NCBI GenBank assembly: GCA_051362555.1
Contig: CM120641.1
Span: 682,001 to 746,000 of the forward strand
DNA: 64,000 nucleotides
Reading direction: 5' to 3'
DNA from: Lingula anatina
Lineage: Eukaryota; Animalia; Brachiopoda
This document shows positions 13,101 to 25,684 of the stretch, piece after piece; within the stretch, counting starts at the first letter, position 1, and each line of letters opens with the position of its first letter. Under the pieces are notes generated by a model. That model did not search any database and had not been told where the DNA came from. It saw only the letters and a list, made by a program, of their open reading frames with translations. Made by a program: the position numbers and the translations under genes.

Positions 13101-16100
13101 CTTTGATTTATCGTTTTCACAATATTGACTACTTTTTAAAATAAAGGCTAAAGTAAAAAAATATAGGTCACACATTTGGTTGAGTGCATTCTATGCAAAT
13201 ATCCTTGATTAGGAGGCCCTAACTTTTTTTTTTTTCAAATTACTAATTAGTATCCTCACACACATATACAGAGGAATAAACATATCAGAAACAGGCCTCC
13301 TTACTTCTTCATTAAAGTTAAACATTTCCTTTTTTTCAAATTTTTATTCTCACACACACACACATATATATACACTATAGAGTGATAGGAATAAACATAT
13401 CAAAAACGGGCCTCCTTACTTTTTTTAACTTCTTTTTCATATTATCATACTCACATAGGAGGAATAAACATCAATAACGGGCCTAAACTTCTTTTTCATA
13501 TTATTATACTCACGAAGGAGGAATAAACATATCAGAAACGGGACCCGTCATTTTTTAACTTTTTTTTTTTAATTTTCATACTCACATATAGAGGAATAAT
13601 CGTATCAAAAACGGGCCTATTACCTTTTTTTTTTACTTTCTTTCACATTTTCAAACGAAGTGTCAAGTGTCCTTCCAAAACGTAAAATAAAAATGCCACG
13701 GAATGAACATACCTTTATCGTCGACGAACTGTCAGTTTCATCTGGAGTCGCAACTTCAGAAATTTGTTTCTTCCTTTTCTCAGACTTGTCAGGCGGAGAG
13801 ACGGATTCATCTGAGGGGGGATTAACAGGAGTCTGACCTGATTTTTCACCGCTTGCCGTAGACTTTGGCATAAAGCTTAAAATCGATCTCTGTTTTTTAA
13901 CTTTCGCTTTCGGCGAGGAAGCCGCCATTTTAACCACGCTTCATCAGGCTGAATATCACTGTCACGCCGTCTATCATTGGTTGACTATCCCGCGAAATGA
14001 GAGAACCGCTCAAATCGCTCAACTAACTTTAATGCAGCGGAGTCACACGAGGATTGCCGATTGGACTGTAGTCATGAAGAGGTACTATTGATATTACGAC
14101 AACAAATGACGACGCTGCTTGAAACGATCTCTTACGAGGGTACATCGGAAACATCGTCGCAATGACAACGTTAGCTACACTGTGTTAACAAGTCAATGCA
14201 GCGGACGATGCGAAGAAATTTATACCGGTGATGATTATTTAGATAAACAATTTTAGACGCCACTCTCAATGTGTCTTTTATCATCTCAAGAACAATGATA
14301 GCACCCTCACTCGGTTTGTATGCGAGAATTTTCGCATCTTTGGTAATTTTTGTGCGAGAATTTTATTTTTTTGGCGAGAATCTCGCAGAATCGCGGCCTC
14401 GGCAGAACCCTGCTACAGTGTTCATTATATGATCTTATAGTTGTATTATCTGTGTACTGCTAGTACAGAAGCAGTTAGAGTGGTCTGAGACACTGCTACA
14501 ACTAGAGAACCTATTATTACAGGATCCACAGGTAAGACATAGGAACATATGACTACAGTGTTCATTATATGATTTTAAAGTTGTATTATCTGTGTACTGC
14601 TAGTACAGGGGAGCAGTTAGAGTGGTCTGAGACACTGCTACAACTAGAGAACCTGTTATAACAGGATCCACAGGTAAGACATAGGACTTCAGTGTTCATT
14701 ATGTGATCTTATAGTTTTTTAATGGGATTTTTTTCTTGGGGGGTGGGGGGGGGGACTTTTTGATAAATGAATTCCACTATTCTGAGTAACAGTGATTTAG
14801 ATACAACCCCTATTTCTTTTACTGTTTTGGCCCAAAGTTGACCGAGATTGTATTACTTTGTGATAATAATTTGAGTGGTTGGTGAGAGTAGTAGAATAAC
14901 AGGGTTTCTGCAAGATTTTGAACACAAACTAGAAAGAATCTGGGTGTGTATTCCTTAACCATTGCTGGACACTGTTTGAAAGTTTGTCTCTTTGTCAATG
15001 TTTAAAGAACCCCAAAAAGTAGTGCTGACAGTGGCAGAATTTTGGGTAGTATAATTGCTCAGCCTTGTGTATTTTCAGATACAAGTTGCTGTATCTAAGT
15101 TCATCATTTTTTGTTTCATTTCAAGGTTCAGGATGTGGCTTTTAATACATTCCCAGGGTCAGTAGGAATATTGCTAGCCATCAATGCTAATGGACAGTCA
15201 AAGGTAATGGGTTCTTCATAAAGTTGCTTAATTGTTCAAACAAACTACCCTTTAATGTTTTTTACCTTGTTCCTTAGTATCTGAGTATTGGATTAGACAT
15301 TAGTTCTCTGATGGTTTACAGTTGTTTTGGGTATTTTCAGATGGTAGGCAGGATGAAACACTGAACCAATAATGTTAAGAAATAGTATACGCAGACTGAT
15401 CAGTTTTTTTTTTCCAGGTTGTAGTATTGCTGTATAACATATATGAAGATGTTTGGGAGATTACACCTATGTGGATGGATTTTAACATTACAGGTAGGTC
15501 TGTCATGTGGGTTATGTATTTGTACTCGGAATCCATAGGTGACTTGTTATTCTTTTTTTTTTAAGTTGGTGGTGATTTAATTCATGCTGATCTCTGATTA
15601 AAATGATGTCTTATTTATGTCTACAAGATGATGAAATCTTCTACAATTTTCAAGTACCAATAAAAACAAACTTTACATCTCAAAATAACTGACTTGAAAG
15701 AGGACATTTTTCAAGGCTGATTTTGGACATTTCCATTGAACATTCTTGGTAAATATACATTTTGAGTATAATGTTCATTTTAAGTTGACCAAAAAAACTG
15801 TTTATTTAATGGTTGGTTCATTTAGAACAAATGAAATAATTTTCAGGTCCTGTCTTTTAAACCTGTTTGTATTACAAAGTAATTTCTCCTGATATTTTAA
15901 ATTTGCTCTCACTTTCAGAGTCTGGCCCGCTGAGTTTCATGTTCCAGGATGCTGGGAAGACGGCTTTCCTGCTCCGTGATTTACACAGACTCTATTACAG
16001 CTATGAAGAAGGTAAAAATATTTATAAAACTTTCTTGCATAATTTCATTTTCTTTGAAATGATAAGACCAGACATTTATATCTTTTTGACACAGTTTGCA

Positions 16101-19100
16101 GTGTGGTTGAGACATTGTGTCTGGTGTGAAATCTGTTTGAGAAGATAGATCACTATGCTTTAGATAGACATGCATTGTGTTAGGTGTGATATGTGTGCAT
16201 TGTGTTAGTTGAGATATGTGTACAATGTGTTAGGTGTGATATAAGCACATTGTGTTAGGTGTGATATGTGTACAATGTGTTAGGTGTGATATGTGTACAA
16301 TGTGTTAGGTGTGATATGTGTACAATGTGTTAGTTGAGATATGTGTACAATGTGTTAGGTGTGATATAAACACATTGTGTTAGGTGTAATATGTGTACAA
16401 TGTGTTAGATGTGATATAAGCACAATGTGTTAGGTATGATGTGTGTTAGGTGTGATATAAGCACATTGTGTTAGTTGAGATATGTGTATTATTTCAGGCA
16501 CAGAGAATGGTGTGATGACCTTGCTGAACTGTAACACAAGTGATCTGGTGGAGGAGGGAGAGTTCATACAGGAAGTGACCATTAGTATGCAGCCAACTTC
16601 ATTCTTTTATTTCTTGATTTCAAATTTGTTCAGAAATATATATCAGAAATTTGAAAACTGATGGAGCTCTTAAAAGTGAAAAATAGTAATGACATTAATA
16701 AAAACCTTAAAGACAGTCTCAGCGCGTTAAACCCTTAAAATAGCACGAAAATGAATTTTCCTGGAAATCTCACCAATTTCCCCATAATGACCAAGGTATA
16801 TCCTATCCAAAACCGTTGAGAAAATGAACCTACCTAATACCGTTTTTAAGTTCCATTAAATAATAAAAGACGACTCGTCTTAAATACTCAGCTACCACCT
16901 CACAGTACGGCTTCAGAACGCGCAATTTCTCGCTAAGTCTCGCGGTTTACTATGAATGAAGTACTACGGCTGAGACCCGGATGTTACTATTTGGCGCCAA
17001 AACAGCAAACATGGCTCAGACGCGCGTCAAGTCTGAAGAGGAGAGCGACAAAAGGGGACGAAAGAAAATAGCCACTCCAGTTCGAAAGATACGAAAGAAA
17101 ATTAGAGACAGACGAAGAAGCACTCAGACTGTGTATGTTGGGAGGGAGGTGGGGCGGTGGAGGACACTTAAAGCTGAGTTAGGACTCACATACGAGGCAA
17201 TGGCGAAACTACTCCTCGACACGTGAGTATGCGCTTCACAGGTCTCAAGTGTGTCTGATTATCATATTATCCTGTTCACAATAAATGACAATATTTGTGC
17301 TCATACAAAGTTGGTAACGTGTATAAGAGCGTTTTGGGCTTTACGTTGTCTATTTTTGATCGGTACATATACCGAAAAGATGGACAGGCGGCACTTACAT
17401 GTCTGACAAGTTTCGCTGTGTAGTCGTGACGTCTATCTCATTCTGACTGAAGCCTGCTGTGATTGGTCGTAAGCGTGGGAAAATCGAGGTCGTGACCTTG
17501 AGCCGGAAGTACTTCTGGCTGTGCTCCGAAATCATGATAAATAGTTTTCGTTTTCTAATTCTTTATTCTAGTTGTCTTAACAGGACTTTTGTGACCCAGA
17601 CTTATTAATATAATAATAAACAATCTCACAAAACACAAATCTGATCAAAGCTTTACATAGAACCTGCTTCTATACATTAATCTAACCCACTGAGACTGTC
17701 TTTAAGTTTAAGATGTGAAAATAATATGGTTAATAAGAAAGTGTATTAAGATATGAATTAAAACTGGAACCCACCAAAGGTAAAAAAAACTTTTTAACTA
17801 ATATCTTGTACCATGTTTTTATTCGGTTTATCTGATTGCCATTCATCCTGAAAATCCAATTTAATTATCATTATTTAGAAGCGATCTTAAGTATAGATTA
17901 CTTTGGAATAAAAGTTATTGGAATTAAAAAGTAAACAATTTTTAGTGTGTCATGTGAGTATTTGTTTATATATTCTTTTTTCAACAAATTGTGATGTGTA
18001 TATTTCCATCCTGCTCCCACAGGTCCCCTGAGAGAGATCATCATCCACACCTCACGAAATCATTTGTTTCACAGTAAGATGAAGATGAATCAAGTTCTGA
18101 AGGTGAGCTAACATTGATTATTTAATAAATGATATTGATTTGGAAAATTTAACTCGTTTCAAAGAATTTATATCAGAAAAAATAAAAAGGTGAACAACAA
18201 ATGTTATTGCAAGGAGAATGTTTTGAAGTAGCATATATTTCAGTGACTTGATGAAATACAATTTAGATGTGAGTCCAGGGACCTAGTTGATGAGATATTA
18301 CTAAGACACTAGGAATCGAGATTCGTACTTTATTGTCCTTTGAGATGTCTATTTGCCTGAACTATCGTCAAATAAAGAACAAACGTTTGTCTTTCCTTGT
18401 TCCATGTTATCTCTTAATAATAATAATAATAATTGTAATTAATGATGATGATGATTCTGATCATAATGAAAACAGTTGTTTCCATAATGTTGATGATGAT
18501 GATGATAATGTTTTCCAGCTGGAGTCAGGAGAACTGCCCAGCTCAGATGTGGTGGTAAGGTTTGATGCTCTAGATAGGATGTACCTGATGGTGTTAGAGA
18601 ACGGCACCCTGACCAGCAGAATTTATCCACTGAAGAATGAGATAAGCAGTGGGCTTTTTCCTCTACAACAGTGTCCTGTGAGTTGAGATGTGGGGGGGGG
18701 GGGAATTAATGTATATGATAAGGCTATATTGCGTAACAGTTATTGGTTTAACACAATATGGTATGGTTTAGACTGGCTGAAATCATGTAAGCTTCAGAAT
18801 AATTTTTGGGAACTAAAAAATATTGGCGCTAAAAAGTGGATATGGTAAGACCTTTCAGCTTTTAAACTAAAAATTATTGCAGGAGGTAACCCAGGAAATA
18901 CCCTGTATTCTGTATTGGATATTGAAAAAAAGCTATAATAAACTTAATCTAGATAGGGTGGTTCAGAAATAACTGGGGGTTTACAGAAAATAGAAGACAG
19001 ACATCAAAGTCGACCTTTTCATACCATCTACCAGTGTTCCATAATATTTCATAATATTTTCCAATTTGTATCTTTCTAGCACCTGTCATCAATATTTCAT

Positions 19101-19247
19101 GTATTGTTTATTTACATTGTTTTCAGTACCGTTACTTTGTACACAGTACAGTACAGGACTTATACAAGATAGATATGGGGGAGTCTATCCATGTCTGGGC
19201 AATGTTAGTGTTCCTTGATATCCACAGTGGATTTCTACAGGTAGGAT

Positions 19248-19307
<60 letters not shown>

Positions 19308-20902
19308 GGGGACAGGACCTGTACAAAATAAATATGGGGGAGGTCTATCCATGTCTGGGCAATGTTAGTGTTCCTTGATATCCACAGTGGATTTCTACAG
19401 GTAGGATGTGGTGGTGGGGGGTGGTAGGAGGGGGGGGGGGGGTAAATTAAAAAGGAACCTGTACAAGATTTGAGAGAAGTTAGTTTATATAATTAAGTAT
19501 TTCTGGTTATGAGAAATCACCCAGACCAGAGAATGCTGAATGTTTCTTTAGGTAAATGGATAAAGTTTATTTTCTGTGCTGAAACTTAAATTTCAGTTAT
19601 ATAGCACTAGTGTTGAAAAAAATTAATGATTGAAATTGAAAATTTTGAGCGTATTGTATTAAATATGTTCCAGATGTTCAATCATAACTCCACTCTTGTC
19701 AAGTCCAGAGCAAACTCTGACATTCAGTACGGAAGAGGAGTTATTGCTCATAACAAGGTCTGTAATATGTTCAGTATGGAAGAGGTGTTATTGCTCCTAA
19801 CAAGGTCTGTAATGTGTTCAGTATGGAAGAGGTGTTATTGCTCATAACAATATTTCAGTAATATGTTCAGTATGGAAGAGGAGTTATTGCTCATAACAAG
19901 GTCTGTAATATGTTCAGTATGGAAGAGGTGTTATTGCTCCTAACAAGGTCTGTAATGTGTTCAGTATGGAAGAGGTGTTATTGCTCATAACAAGGTCTGT
20001 AATATGTTCAGTATGATATTCAGGTTAGGTGTTTAGTTCCAGGGAATAAAAATGATAGCTGCGTACATTGTATTCTCTTGATTTTTTAAAAGCACAGGTA
20101 CACTATTAATGGTAATTTTAACAACTTTTTTAAACTTCTGCATTGAACAGAATTGTTTATGACACTGCAAACTTAGGTACTTACTGAAGATAAAATTAAT
20201 TCTGGAAAAAAAGTCCTACTTGGGAATATGATCTATCAAAGCTGAAAGACTAGCATTCATGTGTAGTTGGTTTATGTTTTATACCCTGTTTATTTTATTT
20301 GTATGAGGGGTTTAAAATGATTTAAATGTTATTTTACATTTCCAGTCTGTTACCTTTTACCACCATATGGATTTTTACAGGTCCCCAAATTACACTACTG
20401 CTAAGTAAGTGCAATAGTCATCTTAAATCAATTTTTTTAAAAAGATAACTTTTGACAATATTCAGACTTTGATATTTCCTAGAACCCATTATTGTAAATT
20501 GTTTTATCCAACATTGAATTTTTTCCAGATATCTTACCTACAAAATCAATCTCACGCTGACATTCAATATTTTTTAAAGTCTCACTGCATATTATGAACA
20601 TAATGTTTATAAGATGTAGACAGGATAATTAGTAAATAAATAAATAAATACATACTAGTAAGATAAATAAATAGTTACATTATTGGTTTTTTTTATCATT
20701 TTAGAAAACTTGCAACAGGTATCTCTTGCTTTGAGCTGATACCATCAAATATCAACCTGATATGCCCATCTCCTACCCAGATTGTAAGTATGTGATAAAT
20801 AAGTTTATAACAAATGAAAGACAGAAAGGGGAAGTTTTGCTTAAGTCAGAGTGATTGATCATTGTCAAAATTGGTTATTGGAGGGCACTTTTTGTACTCA
20901 GT

Positions 20903-20941
<39 letters not shown>

Positions 20942-23900
20942 GGGGAGGGGGACAGTTTGCATTTTTGTCACCAATAATTTCAAGAAAATTTAATATTTTG
21001 ATTTTACCCCAGGTCTCCTACCTGTCTGTGGGATGTCCAAAGGGAAGGCACCTGGTTTTAAAACGGTGAGTTAATTTACCTTTTTTTCAGTATAAAAACA
21101 AATAACTTCTGATTATAGATAAACTACCTATCCTGGCAAGAATTGAGGGCCAAATCTTAAGTTTTAAATTAATCAGTTTGTTTTATTAATAAATGATTTA
21201 TTTTTGTCAGCTATATTGATTGAGACAGCTTGGAGCTGTTTGAAGTAATTAATATCGACATTCTGTTTTTTAGATTAGGCTTGTGATGTAATCTTGAGTT
21301 GACAAAAGTTTGCCAGCATTTAAAATAATCTAAATGATTATTAAAATATTAATTATAAAAGAAAATTCAGAATTTAAAAAATTATGTTTTAGGCCAGCTG
21401 CAAGTGAACCCTGTGATACTGTTGATACATATACTATTGGAAAGTGAGTACCTCTCTTTAATTTGTTGCTTTTATATAATCCTTATATATTGTTGGAATA
21501 TTTTCATTCCATTCTATTCATTCCATGTAATACCTTTGACAGTTTTATCAGTTAGTATTCCATTATATGGTGTTATTGAAAACATTATGAATTTTTTGAG
21601 AGATATGTAACCTTGCAATAAATTAATGATGTCACTGGCATTTAAACTAATCATTTCAATTCCATCTTTACAGGGAACATTTCCTGCATTTGGATGGGAC
21701 ATCACCCACACAGGACAAGGTTAGTTTATTCTTGTCTAGATCCCATACTTGAGTGTAATTAATTGTTTTTATATAAGTGTGTTGTATTTTATTATTAACA
21801 AAAACAAAATTTTAATTGAAGAAAATACCCACCATACAGTGACACCTCTCCGGCAGTCAACATTGCATGCCATGGATATACATACATAGTCAGTATTTCC
21901 TCACTGGCCTTTAATAGACTTATATCTTACCTTACTGTGAAGAAATGTTAGTTAATACATTTAAATCAGTTACTCTTATATACTTATATAAAAATTAATT
22001 ACATTCTCAAAATGCTTTTAATTACCAACATAGAGTCTGATTACGATTTTTAAAATAAATTAAAATCTTTTATTTGAAAAAAGTGTTATAACTGATTTGA
22101 CTGGCTGTTATCTTGACATTGTACTATGTTTTGATATCTTAAAATTTTTAACTGTCCACATATCTGTTTACATTGTACTATACATTTTAATAACTTAACT
22201 ACCTATATATATTTTTAAGTTATTATTATTATTATTATTATTATTATCTCTAAGTCCTATTTACAGTATATTAAGTATACAATTTCTCTGTCTGTAATTC
22301 CTTCTTCTCCCCCAGGTTGTCCATTATGACCTGGTCAGGTTGGGATGTCCAGTTAGAGTGGACAGCAGTCACAACTTTTTGCCACAGTTAGAGCTGTAAG
22401 TGTATGGGAAATATGAAAATTGAATTATCAGTGAGACTTTTCTGCCACAGTTAGAGCTGTAAGTGTATGAAATATGAAATATGTACATGTAGTACGTGTG
22501 TGCAGTTATTTCTCCATGATCATGTTCATTATTTAAGTTTTAGAGCATTACCATTGGAAACTTTGTTAATATTTACTTTGTTTACTTTTTACTAATGTGT
22601 ATGAGTACCATGTGCATATACCGGTATTATTGCCAAGTTTGTGTTTGCACATGTCGTAGCCTTATTTATTTCTTTTTTCCCTGATTTAAGGTATGATGGA
22701 GAGGAATTTGTCCGTCCTGTGACTGGTAATTTCATACTATGGGAGGAGCAAGGTAGAACAGACTACAGTTATAATGCTACCATGAAACGGGTAAAACTTA
22801 GACTGCATTCCCACAGATTTTAGATTGATCTATCCCTCTGGGGAGTCTCACTAGATTGTTGTCAGCCTACTAAAAGCTGTAAGGAGGTAATTAACTTTCG
22901 TGTGCACTCGGCTGACAGCAATTTAGCGTGAACCCCCAGGGATATTTTTTTCGGTGACTACTTATTGATTAAAGGGGCAAAGTTTTTTTCCTCTTCAACT
23001 TAAAGCCAGTTTGGTGCATATTTGATTCAATTCTTCATATAAGGTCATGAATTATAAAGAGAATTAAAAAGTAATTGCTGTAATAGAAACTTAGTTGTTG
23101 TTTTTTTAAACCTTTTCCAGGCAGGGTGTCATAAGGTGGCTCAGACTTGGTCACAGATCAGAGACGAGCAGGGCATGCTCACTGACTGGGGACAGGGGTG
23201 GGGTCCTTGGGTAAATAGACTTACTATTATATTTACATATAACCCAGTTTCTTCATGTACTTGATGTTGTTTAGAGCTGTAGAGTTTAGTAGAAATGTAG
23301 GATCCTGGATTGAAATTCTATAATTTGTATTAAAACAACACGTATAATAGCCAAAGGAATATGATACAACAAATCTCAGAACTTATGAAGCAACATCAGC
23401 ATGGAAGAGTTACCAGGTCTTCAACTTTTAGTCATTTACTTTTAGAACACAGTGTCTTAGAGAAAAAAGCTGGTAAATTTTACGGTGAAAGGGCATTTAT
23501 GATATATGCACCCAAAGTTTGGAACACTTTACCCTCTGAAATACGAGCAGCAGGTGACATAGATACTTTTAAAAAGCTTTTGAAAACTCATATTTTTAGA
23601 ATAGCCTATCAGTAGCTATCATATAGTTAATTTTAGTTTTTAATAAGGTGTACTGTAATTTTATGATTAATTTTAAATGTTGTCACTTTAGGTTCTTATC
23701 ATTTTAGAATATGAATAATTGGTTCTTTAAATTAGTTCTTAGTCCTTTAAAATTGTAATGTGTTCTTATATTAGTATTGTGTTATTTAGCTCTTTTAAGT
23801 GAATGTTGTAAGGCGCATTGAGATTTTTAATGGAATGCGCCATAGAAAAATAAATTATTATTATTATTATTATTAAATCATATGAGATAAAAATGTTTTT

Positions 23901-24619
23901 TGTTTGTTTTCAAATTTTCTACCACAAAATTTAAACAGTATATTTTTTTAGAATTACAGGAGTTGTTTTGAAGAGACGAACACTGTAATTGACAACAGTT
24001 TGCTGCAGAGACCGTATCAGATTCTGAACTCCACAGGTGTGTCTTGGTTACAGTTTCCTAACACCCACGACAGTATGTACACCTTCCGGGCCAGAATTGT
24101 AGACCCCAACTACAGGTAAGACCATCTGCCATTTGTACTTAACATATGTAATGCAACCTTTTTGAATAATTATTTTTACTGGAGATCAGAAGATTTTCTA
24201 TACCTTTCAGACATTGCAGGCTGCAGAAAAGAAGCTATGAAGTAGGACAAAATTAGTTAATTTATTTTATATATTTAATTTATTTATATTATTTTGTCAA
24301 TTAGTGGTTCAGCTGTATCACCCAACATTATTTCTCATATTTCAGTTTCTGTGACTTGGAAATCTCCTTTGCGGTGCAGACATATGGAGCACAACATCCC
24401 GAGGACCTCACGGTTACCATGATAACAGTGGGAGGCATCATGGGAGCAGTCCTCTTGGGACTGCTGGGATCCTACTTTGTGTACCGCAAGCAAACCAGCC
24501 AGGCCTTTGCTACCAGGATGATGTTGGTGAAGATGCTGCACAAGGAAGATCATTCACATCAGAGGGAAAGTCCTGTTCCTAAAAAAAGAACCTCAGTTTT
24601 AGGGGATATATGGAGCTAG
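1191..24619 (+). CDS. CATSPERE: Cation channel sperm-associated auxiliary subunit epsilon-like (34 coding exons)
   Basis: Phase-consistent exons: 1191-1258, 1590-1638, 1845-1927, 2261-2318, 2593-2687, 2965-3022 (GC donor), 3563-3643, 8370-8494, 8772-8870, 9124-9184, 9333-9377, 9823-9860, 10277-10346, 11089-11200, 11757-11820, 12002-12130, 15126-15203, 15418-15493, 15919-16011, 16498-16585, 18023-18102, 18519-18677, 19127-19240, 19674-19757, 20346-20404, 20705-20783, 21013-21065, 21393-21443, 21674-21719, 22317-22396, 22691-22790, 23121-23210, 23952-24115, 24346-24619 (some ends may be off by 1-2 nt). Signal peptide MTFIRWVIFCLLIF, then WRY..FNTRNPIKLEY, LSKQFHYLGQQP, LSVGCPKGRHL, NFILWEEQGRTDYSYN, AGCHKVAQTW, WGPWNYRSCF, YTFRARIVDPNYSFCDL and one C-terminal TM helix. 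These follow the recalled motif order of vertebrate CATSPERE (LWRY..FSTRSTIKLEY..NFVLWE..GRDDYSFN..WGPENYKHCF..DPNYSFC). AATAAA at ~24772. Confidence 0.9.
3624..3826 (+). repeat. 44-bp tandem repeat (~4.6 copies) spanning the CATSPERE exon 7 end and its donor site
   Basis: Unit CAGCCCAGATCCCCTCAGCA|GTAAGTATAAATATTGTCCATACT starts at 3624, 3668, 3712, 3756 and 3800. Confidence 0.95.
4370..6890 (-). CDS. TRIM-NHL family protein (TRIM2/3/71-like: degenerate RING, B-box, coiled coil, filamin, NHL repeats), nested antisense in CATSPERE intron 7
   Basis: Two coding exons, 6890-6042 (ATG just after a TTTTCAG acceptor, GAG|GTAATT donor) and 5839-4370, join in phase 0 to give ~772 aa. B-box CSEH..FCKTCQKTVCDIC; filamin motif VQDNEDGTYTAHFKPQVSGMH; NHL repeats FNFPRTLTVD, FRGPQGVAAD..ILVADQYNNRVQVFD and LHWPRGIAVT..VYVADSDHH. 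Confidence 0.88.
12043..14715 (+). repeat. 140-bp tandem repeat of the CATSPERE exon 16 3' part plus donor, split by a transposon
   Basis: GGATCCACAG|GTAAGACATAGG recurs at 12121, 12261, 12401 and 12541, then again at ~14522 and ~14664 after the 12578-14412 insertion. Confidence 0.95.
12578..14412 (-). mobile_element. Internally deleted hAT-like DNA transposon
   Basis: TIRs CAGGGTTCTGCCAAGG / CCTCGGCAGAACCCTG (15/16 match). Flanking direct repeat CTACAG, checked against the empty array unit. Minus-strand spliced remnant 13928-13713 + 12934-12806 encodes MAASSPKAKVKKQRSILSFM... then KFQHDWLRDYSWLRYDNEADAL-stop, the start of a TTF-type zinc finger typical of hAT/ZNF862-like transposases. Confidence 0.8.
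16176..16488. repeat. 25-bp minisatellite (~12 copies)
   Basis: Variants of TGTGTTAGGTGTGATATGTGTACAA run up to the acceptor of CATSPERE exon 20. Confidence 0.93.
16711..17701 (+). mobile_element. Non-autonomous Kolobok-like DNA transposon
   Basis: TTAA on both flanks (16707-16710, 17702-17705). TIRs AGACAGTCTCAGCGCGTTA / TAACCCACTGAGACTGTCT (17/19) with AG..CT ends, unlike the CC..GG ends of piggyBac. Internal exon 17011-17222 ends at a GTGAGT donor. Confidence 0.78.
19153..19407 (+). repeat. ~95-bp duplication of the CATSPERE exon 23 3' part plus donor, separated by (GT)n and poly-G
   Basis: ATATGGGGGAGTCTATCCATGTCTGGGC...TTTCTACAG|GTAGGAT at ~19153-19247 and ~19313-19407; (GT)n at 19250-19290. 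Confidence 0.9.
19723..20014 (+). repeat. 47-bp tandem repeat (~6 copies) spanning the CATSPERE exon 24 end and donor
   Basis: Unit TTCAGTATGGAAGAGGTGTTATTGCTCATAACAAG|GTCTGTAATATG. Confidence 0.93.
22801..22942 (+). mobile_element. Truncated copy of a PIF/Harbinger-like MITE
   Basis: Shares GATCTATCCCTCTGGGGAGTCTCACTAGATT and AATTTAGCGTGAACCCCCAGGGA with the copy at 24834-25058. Confidence 0.7.
23335..23874 (+). mobile_element. 5'-truncated non-LTR retrotransposon 3' end (L2/CR1-group-like)
   Basis: ORF end GERAFMIYAPKVWNTLPSEIR..FKKLLKTHIF is the typical post-RT C-terminus of L2/CR1-group ORF2. It is followed by an AT-rich 3' UTR, AATAAA and an (ATT)n tail. Confidence 0.82.
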
Positions 24620-24833
24620 TGGGAAAAGGAAAAATGTTGGGTTACTTGTTTTTTGAAACTACAAAACAATAATAATAATAATAATAATAATAAAAAACAG
24701 AAGACACACTTTTTTGATATGACAAACAAATAATAGAGTTCTTATACAATTTGTCAGCATCACCCTTTTTGAATAAAGTTAACAATCTTAAAGTGCATAA
24801 AAAAAAATTTGAGGAATATTTTCGTGTGACTTA

Positions 24834-25058
24834 GACCCCATTCCCATAGATTTAAGATCGATCTATCCCTGTGGGGAGTCTCACTAGATTACTGTCAGCT
24901 TAGCCTGCTTAAGCGTCTGTCCCGCCTACTAAAAACTGTAAGGGGGTAATTAACTATGGTGCGCGCTCTGCTGACTGCAATTTAGCGTGAACCCCCAGGG
25001 AGTTAGGTTGATCAAAATCTAAATCTCTGGATCAATCTAAATCTCTGGGAATGCACCC
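24834..25058 (+). mobile_element. PIF/Harbinger-like MITE (full copy)
   Basis: TTA flanks both ends; imperfect TIRs (CATTCCCATAGATTTAAGATCGATC / GATCAATCTAAATCTCTGGGAATG). Related copies at ~22801, ~39600 and ~41514. Confidence 0.72.
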
Positions 25059-25684
25059 TTAGTGTGGGAGTCATCACTAGAATTAAATTTTGTAGATATG
25101 CTTAAAAATATTGAGTAATGTAGAGATTGGATTTTATGCAATAGTATTGACAAGAATAGTGTGCGGTCGAAACAAATTTATGAAGACATCCCTCCCCTAA
25201 AAAAGTGCAAGATGTCAAATTCCAACTTATGTTTAGCTTTTCAGGTGTTGTGTTTTGTTGACAAAATTTACAAGTGAGTGAAAAATAAATGTTATAAAGA
25301 AATTGTTTAATGTGATATTAAAGAAAAGTACATACCCTGGTATGTGAATTATTTTACATGAAATTCGTTGCAGGGGAGCGTTGTTGTAAACGTAACCTTA
25401 AGGATCGAGTGTAAGTAAAAAGTTTATTTCGCACAAGAATTATCCGTCTCTCCTCTCGTTTTCATTGCAAGCACAATGCAGCGGTATACTGCAGCAACAT
25501 TGTGCCAAAGAAGACGCGCGCAATCTGCCATTGGACTGTAGAACCCTTTCTTCAAAAGCAGTGAAATATATTTATTAGATGTTTTCTGAAATGATAAAAA
25601 TAAGACCACTTCATGTGGAAATAAAAATACTGTGAGTGAATCTGCCAGAATAACGGAAGGTACAGAGCTTTGTTTACAGAGCTT

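Noticed and set aside
12043-20014. Regularly spaced repeats resembling CRISPR arrays
   Set aside because: Units are head-to-tail with no unique spacers, derive from host exon ends, and lie in a spliced eukaryotic gene with no cas genes.
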